Assembly (NCBI GenBank): GCA_020891255.1
Contig: BQFW01000012.1
Span: forward strand, 1,240,001 to 1,304,000
Length of the DNA stretch: 64,000 bases
Reading direction: 5' to 3'
Origin: Entomortierella parvispora E1425
Lineage: Eukaryota; Fungi; Mortierellomycota
In this document: piece after piece, positions 61,023-64,000 of the stretch
Numbering within the stretch: the first letter of the stretch is position 1
How the letters are laid out: each line of letters opens with the position of its first letter
Position numbers and translations under genes: made by a program
The notes under the pieces: model-generated
Databases searched by the model: none
Told to the model about the DNA's origin: nothing
The model's input: the letters and a program-made list of their open reading frames with translations, nothing else

Positions 61023-61970
61023 ATGAATTCATTTGTACCATCTCCAGGATTTGATGTCAGCCGACTCAAAGGCACCACCCTCATCCTGCCATCCGTTTCC
61101 ATCGGCAATGTACCTCAGCTTGCGACAGACCTCTTCCTTTCAACGTTGAACTTGGACAGAGTCGGTTGTATCGAGGACGAGAATGTGATCCCTGTCCTCG
61201 GACCAGCTGATAGACCCCACCCTTCTTCAGTATCAGCGTCCACTCCACAACCACAACAGCAGCTCTCGCTGGCTATTGAAGTATTTCAATCCAAAGATGG
61301 CCAGTGGACCATTGTCCAACAGCGTTCTCCCACGGTCCGTCATCGATCCCATTTCTTTGCCGACAACTTGATTCAGTTCATTAAGGACTCTGGGTTCGCC
61401 CAGGTCGTCCTCCTCGCCTCTGCGGATGGTGCCCGCAGGATCGACGTTCAGCTGCGATCAGGAACACCGGTCCGTTACATTGGCTCACCGGCCCTGTCGT
61501 CGTTGCTTGTGGACAAGATCCAAGGGCTGGGATTGCAGCCTTTGGAGAGTGTTCCCCCCACAGAAGAAGAGAAGAGAAATGCCGAGATCCACAGAAAAGA
61601 ACAGCATGCTGCCGCTCTGGCAGCAGCAGCAGCCTCTGGACTGGCAGATCGTGTCCAAGGGATCCAACTTGAAGGAGAGCAGGAGCAGGCACAGCAAGTC
61701 TTGGAGAAGGTGCCCAGGATACCCAATGGAGGAATCGCCCGTCGATTTCATTCGCTCTGTCAGGAACAAGGCATTGCCATTTTGACCTTGGTCTTGTTTG
61801 CAATGGAAGGTGATAATGCTCCTGACGCCATCTTTTTGGCCAATGTTGCCAACGCCATCCTGAACGTCCATGTCCCAACTCAAGAGCAGATTATGAGCGG
61901 CGAGGGATGGAAGTTTCCAAAAAGCTGGGATTCGCTCTATGGCAACACTCATCACGAAGATATGTACTAG
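61023..61970 (+). CDS. PAC2: proteasome assembly chaperone 2 (PSMG2/PAC2 family)
   Basis: LILPSVSIGNVPQLATDLFL, QQRSP, VVLLASAD, GGIARRF, FAMEGDNAPDAIFLA, WKFPKSWDSLYG. Confidence 0.9.
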   Translation: MNSFVPSPGFDVSRLKGTTLILPSVSIGNVPQLATDLFLSTLNLDRVGCIEDENVIPVLGPADRPHPSSVSASTPQPQQQLSLAIEVFQSKDGQWTIVQQRSPTVRHRSHFFADNLIQFIKDSGFAQVVLLASADGARRIDVQLRSGTPVRYIGSPALSSLLVDKIQGLGLQPLESVPPTEEEKRNAEIHRKEQHAAALAAAAASGLADRVQGIQLEGEQEQAQQVLEKVPRIPNGGIARRFHSLCQEQGIAILTLVLFAMEGDNAPDAIFLANVANAILNVHVPTQEQIMSGEGWKFPKSWDSLYGNTHHEDMY

Positions 61971-62221
61971 GTGCGGACTGAAATAAAAGAAAAAAAAGTG
62001 AACAATCTACCTCCAACTGTCAAGAGATTGGTTTCCCAAACTGCCTTTTTTTTATTGTGTATTGTCAGGCGTGGGGTATGCATATAGTACAATTTAATAG
62101 GTGTGCGTCGTCCCGCCCATGGCACACAAGTGTCCTTGTCAGATATAGGAACGGCGACACGAGCTGTTTTTCCTGCTAACAGCAATGATCCAAATGTGAT
62201 GTTGCTTCAGAAAAGGTCCAC

Positions 62222-63012
62222 TCAATCTCTGGCAGATCCATCCCTAATGGCGACAGTTATGACAAAGAAAAAAAGTCGAAACGTTAGTAATGTTAGAAAT
62301 AGCGAGGGGTCTTTCATCGATCTCTTTCATCTCATTTTCCCATTTTCTGATCAGAAAGGCATACCTTGGTCTGTACTTGAAGCCCTTGGACTCTAGTTCT
62401 TCTTCAATGTCCTCAGGAAGTCGTCCTTGTACTTGAACGGCATAGATTCCCTTCTCGAATTTATCTATTGGTTTAAAATAGAGAGCTGTTAATTGGAGAT
62501 GTCATTTATAAGTAGTTCTTTTGAAATCTCTACGATTTCTCCGCAGTCCTTACCAATGCGCTGCCATTTAGCGACCCAGCTCTCCGAAGGCTGCATCACA
62601 GCAACGGCTCTATTATACAGAGGAGAACAGATTTCGCAGCAGGTAAAGGTTAGCACTCTGGAGGTGGATAGCCGATGGTAGAGTTCCGATTGTTGTTTCC
62701 TGAAAGGTGGCAATAGATTCCTCCTGCATTACCCATCAAAGTGCTGACTGGTGCAATCCATGACCTTGTCCATTTTGCCTCTCATTCCCAAAAGGGACTC
62801 GCAGTTATCACATCCGCTCCTGAGGAACTGTTCCTGCTTCTAGAGACAGAGAAACGACGAAACAGCGATCACGAGTTAGTGTATGGAGATGGAGGTTGTC
62901 AAGGAATGGATGGGGTGCGCAGGCCGACTGCGGCAACGGTCCTTGCCTTGATAAGGGAGCAGAGCATGCAGGCGCGAAGCTGCTTCTTGTCGGTGGGGAT
63001 GATGCCAGACAT
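62222..63012 (-). CDS. SPT4: transcription elongation factor Spt4, five exons
   Basis: Spliced product MSGIIPTDKKQLRACMLCSLIKKQEQFLRSGCDNCESLL..CTSQHFDGAVAVMQPSESWVAKWQRIDKFEKGIYAVQVQGRLPEDIEEELESKGFKYRPRDGSARD. The first intron (62946-62840) is GC-AG. Confidence 0.93.
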
Positions 63013-63436
63013 TGTGATGGAGATGAGAGGGATTGAGGAGAAAGACACTGCATGCATGCACAGCACCTTGATATGTACCACAGCGAAGCCAGACACCCCA
63101 ATCCCACAGGCAGCAAAGAGCCAAGCCACCGTGACAGTGTCTTCTTCTTTCCGCCATTCGCTTCTTTCTTTTTCAATTTCATCCATTCCATCCCTCTCCC
63201 CCATTTCAGTCAGTCTCCCCTTCAACATTCATCCATCCACCATCCATTCATCAGTCCTCCCGTGGTTATTTCGCACAGTCCTACTTTATCCTCTCCTGAG
63301 CTAACTCCATTTATACCCAAAGTACATTCACTGCTTTCACCCCCCGCACGTCTATTCTTCAACTCATCACCATCCTCCGTCTTCACCATCCTCCGTCGCT
63401 GAACGCCACCAACTTGACACGTATCACACAAAACAC

Positions 63437-64000
63437 ATGTCCGCCGCATCAAGTCCATTCCCAAGCAACATTGTTACAGGGGGCACCATAGGCTCAATAG
63501 TCCTCGGATGCAAACTACAAGTCCTCCATGGAACCCCTGCAGAGTACCGGAAAGCAGAGATTTTATCCATTCGTCCCACCCCAACGGCTGACGACCCTAC
63601 CCGATGCGAATACTATGTGCATTACTCTGATTACAACAAACGTCTGGATGAATGGGTCGCCCCAGAGAGACTCAACCTCCTCGGAGAGATTGAGTACCCC
63701 AAATTGAAGAAGCCCAAGAGCTTGCTTGCTGGAGTTGGAAAGGAGACCGGCAAGGCCTCGGAACCTGGTACCCCCAGCAGCAGAGTCTCCAAGAATAACC
63801 GGAAAGCCTCTAATCTTAGCAAGGCTGCGTCTACAGGCAAGGCTGGAGAGGCGGCACCGGGAACGCCTGGAGCCGCAAATAACAAACGGAAGGCCGCAGC
63901 GATGGAAGAGGGTAGCGCCAGTCAGGACAAGGACAAAGCAGGGGGTGACGATGACGATGAAGATGGATCAACAAATGGAGATGCCACACCATCAGGGACA
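63437..64000 (+). CDS. ESA1: MYST histone acetyltransferase Esa1/Tip60, N-terminal part (runs off the window)
   Basis: Tudor-knot/chromo-barrel segment GCKLQV..RKAEILSIR..EYYVHYSDYNKRLDEWV..RL..EIEYPK. The MYST domain lies beyond the window. Confidence 0.8.
   Translation, partial: MSAASSPFPSNIVTGGTIGSIVLGCKLQVLHGTPAEYRKAEILSIRPTPTADDPTRCEYYVHYSDYNKRLDEWVAPERLNLLGEIEYPKLKKPKSLLAGVGKETGKASEPGTPSSRVSKNNRKASNLSKAASTGKAGEAAPGTPGAANNKRKAAAMEEGSASQDKDKAGGDDDDEDGSTNGDATPSGT

Noticed and set aside
63437-63500. Possible frameshift at the ESA1 start
   Set aside because: Recounting the G run shows ATG 63437 is in frame with the Tudor-knot domain.

Overview
Eukaryotic, intron-rich fungal DNA. An early-diverging lineage such as Mortierellaceae/Mucoromycota is inferred, not proven, from the short GT-AG introns, long polyQ tracts, and retention of SNX9-like and SRSF10-like genes. 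Core genes: two-finger GATA factor, mL53, SH3-PX-BAR sorting nexin, ferrochelatase, two initiator tRNA-Met, DHA2 MFS transporter, Inn1/Fic1-like C2 protein, PKA catalytic subunit, BOD1/Shg1-like, SRSF10-like, NUG1, PAC2, SPT4 (missed by the ORF track) and the start of ESA1. The main discovery candidate is an accessory island of about 10 kb (about 41.4-51.8 kb). It holds two tandem paralogous large genes. Copy A starts with a bacterial polymorphic-toxin-type LHH (HNH/EndoVII) nuclease motif, and copy B has lost exactly the catalytic core of that nuclease. They are followed by an orphan ORF with a weak SUKH/Knr4-like motif and an intron-containing Mutator-like DDE transposase. Other highlights are a candidate poison exon in the SRSF10-like gene, a tandem pair of stand-alone POT1-like OB-fold genes that only appear after splicing, and a lichenase-like GH16 with an N-myristoylation motif instead of a signal peptide. 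Three genes show single-base -1 frameshifts in homopolymers, possibly assembly errors. All domain calls come from motif recognition by eye; no searches were run.
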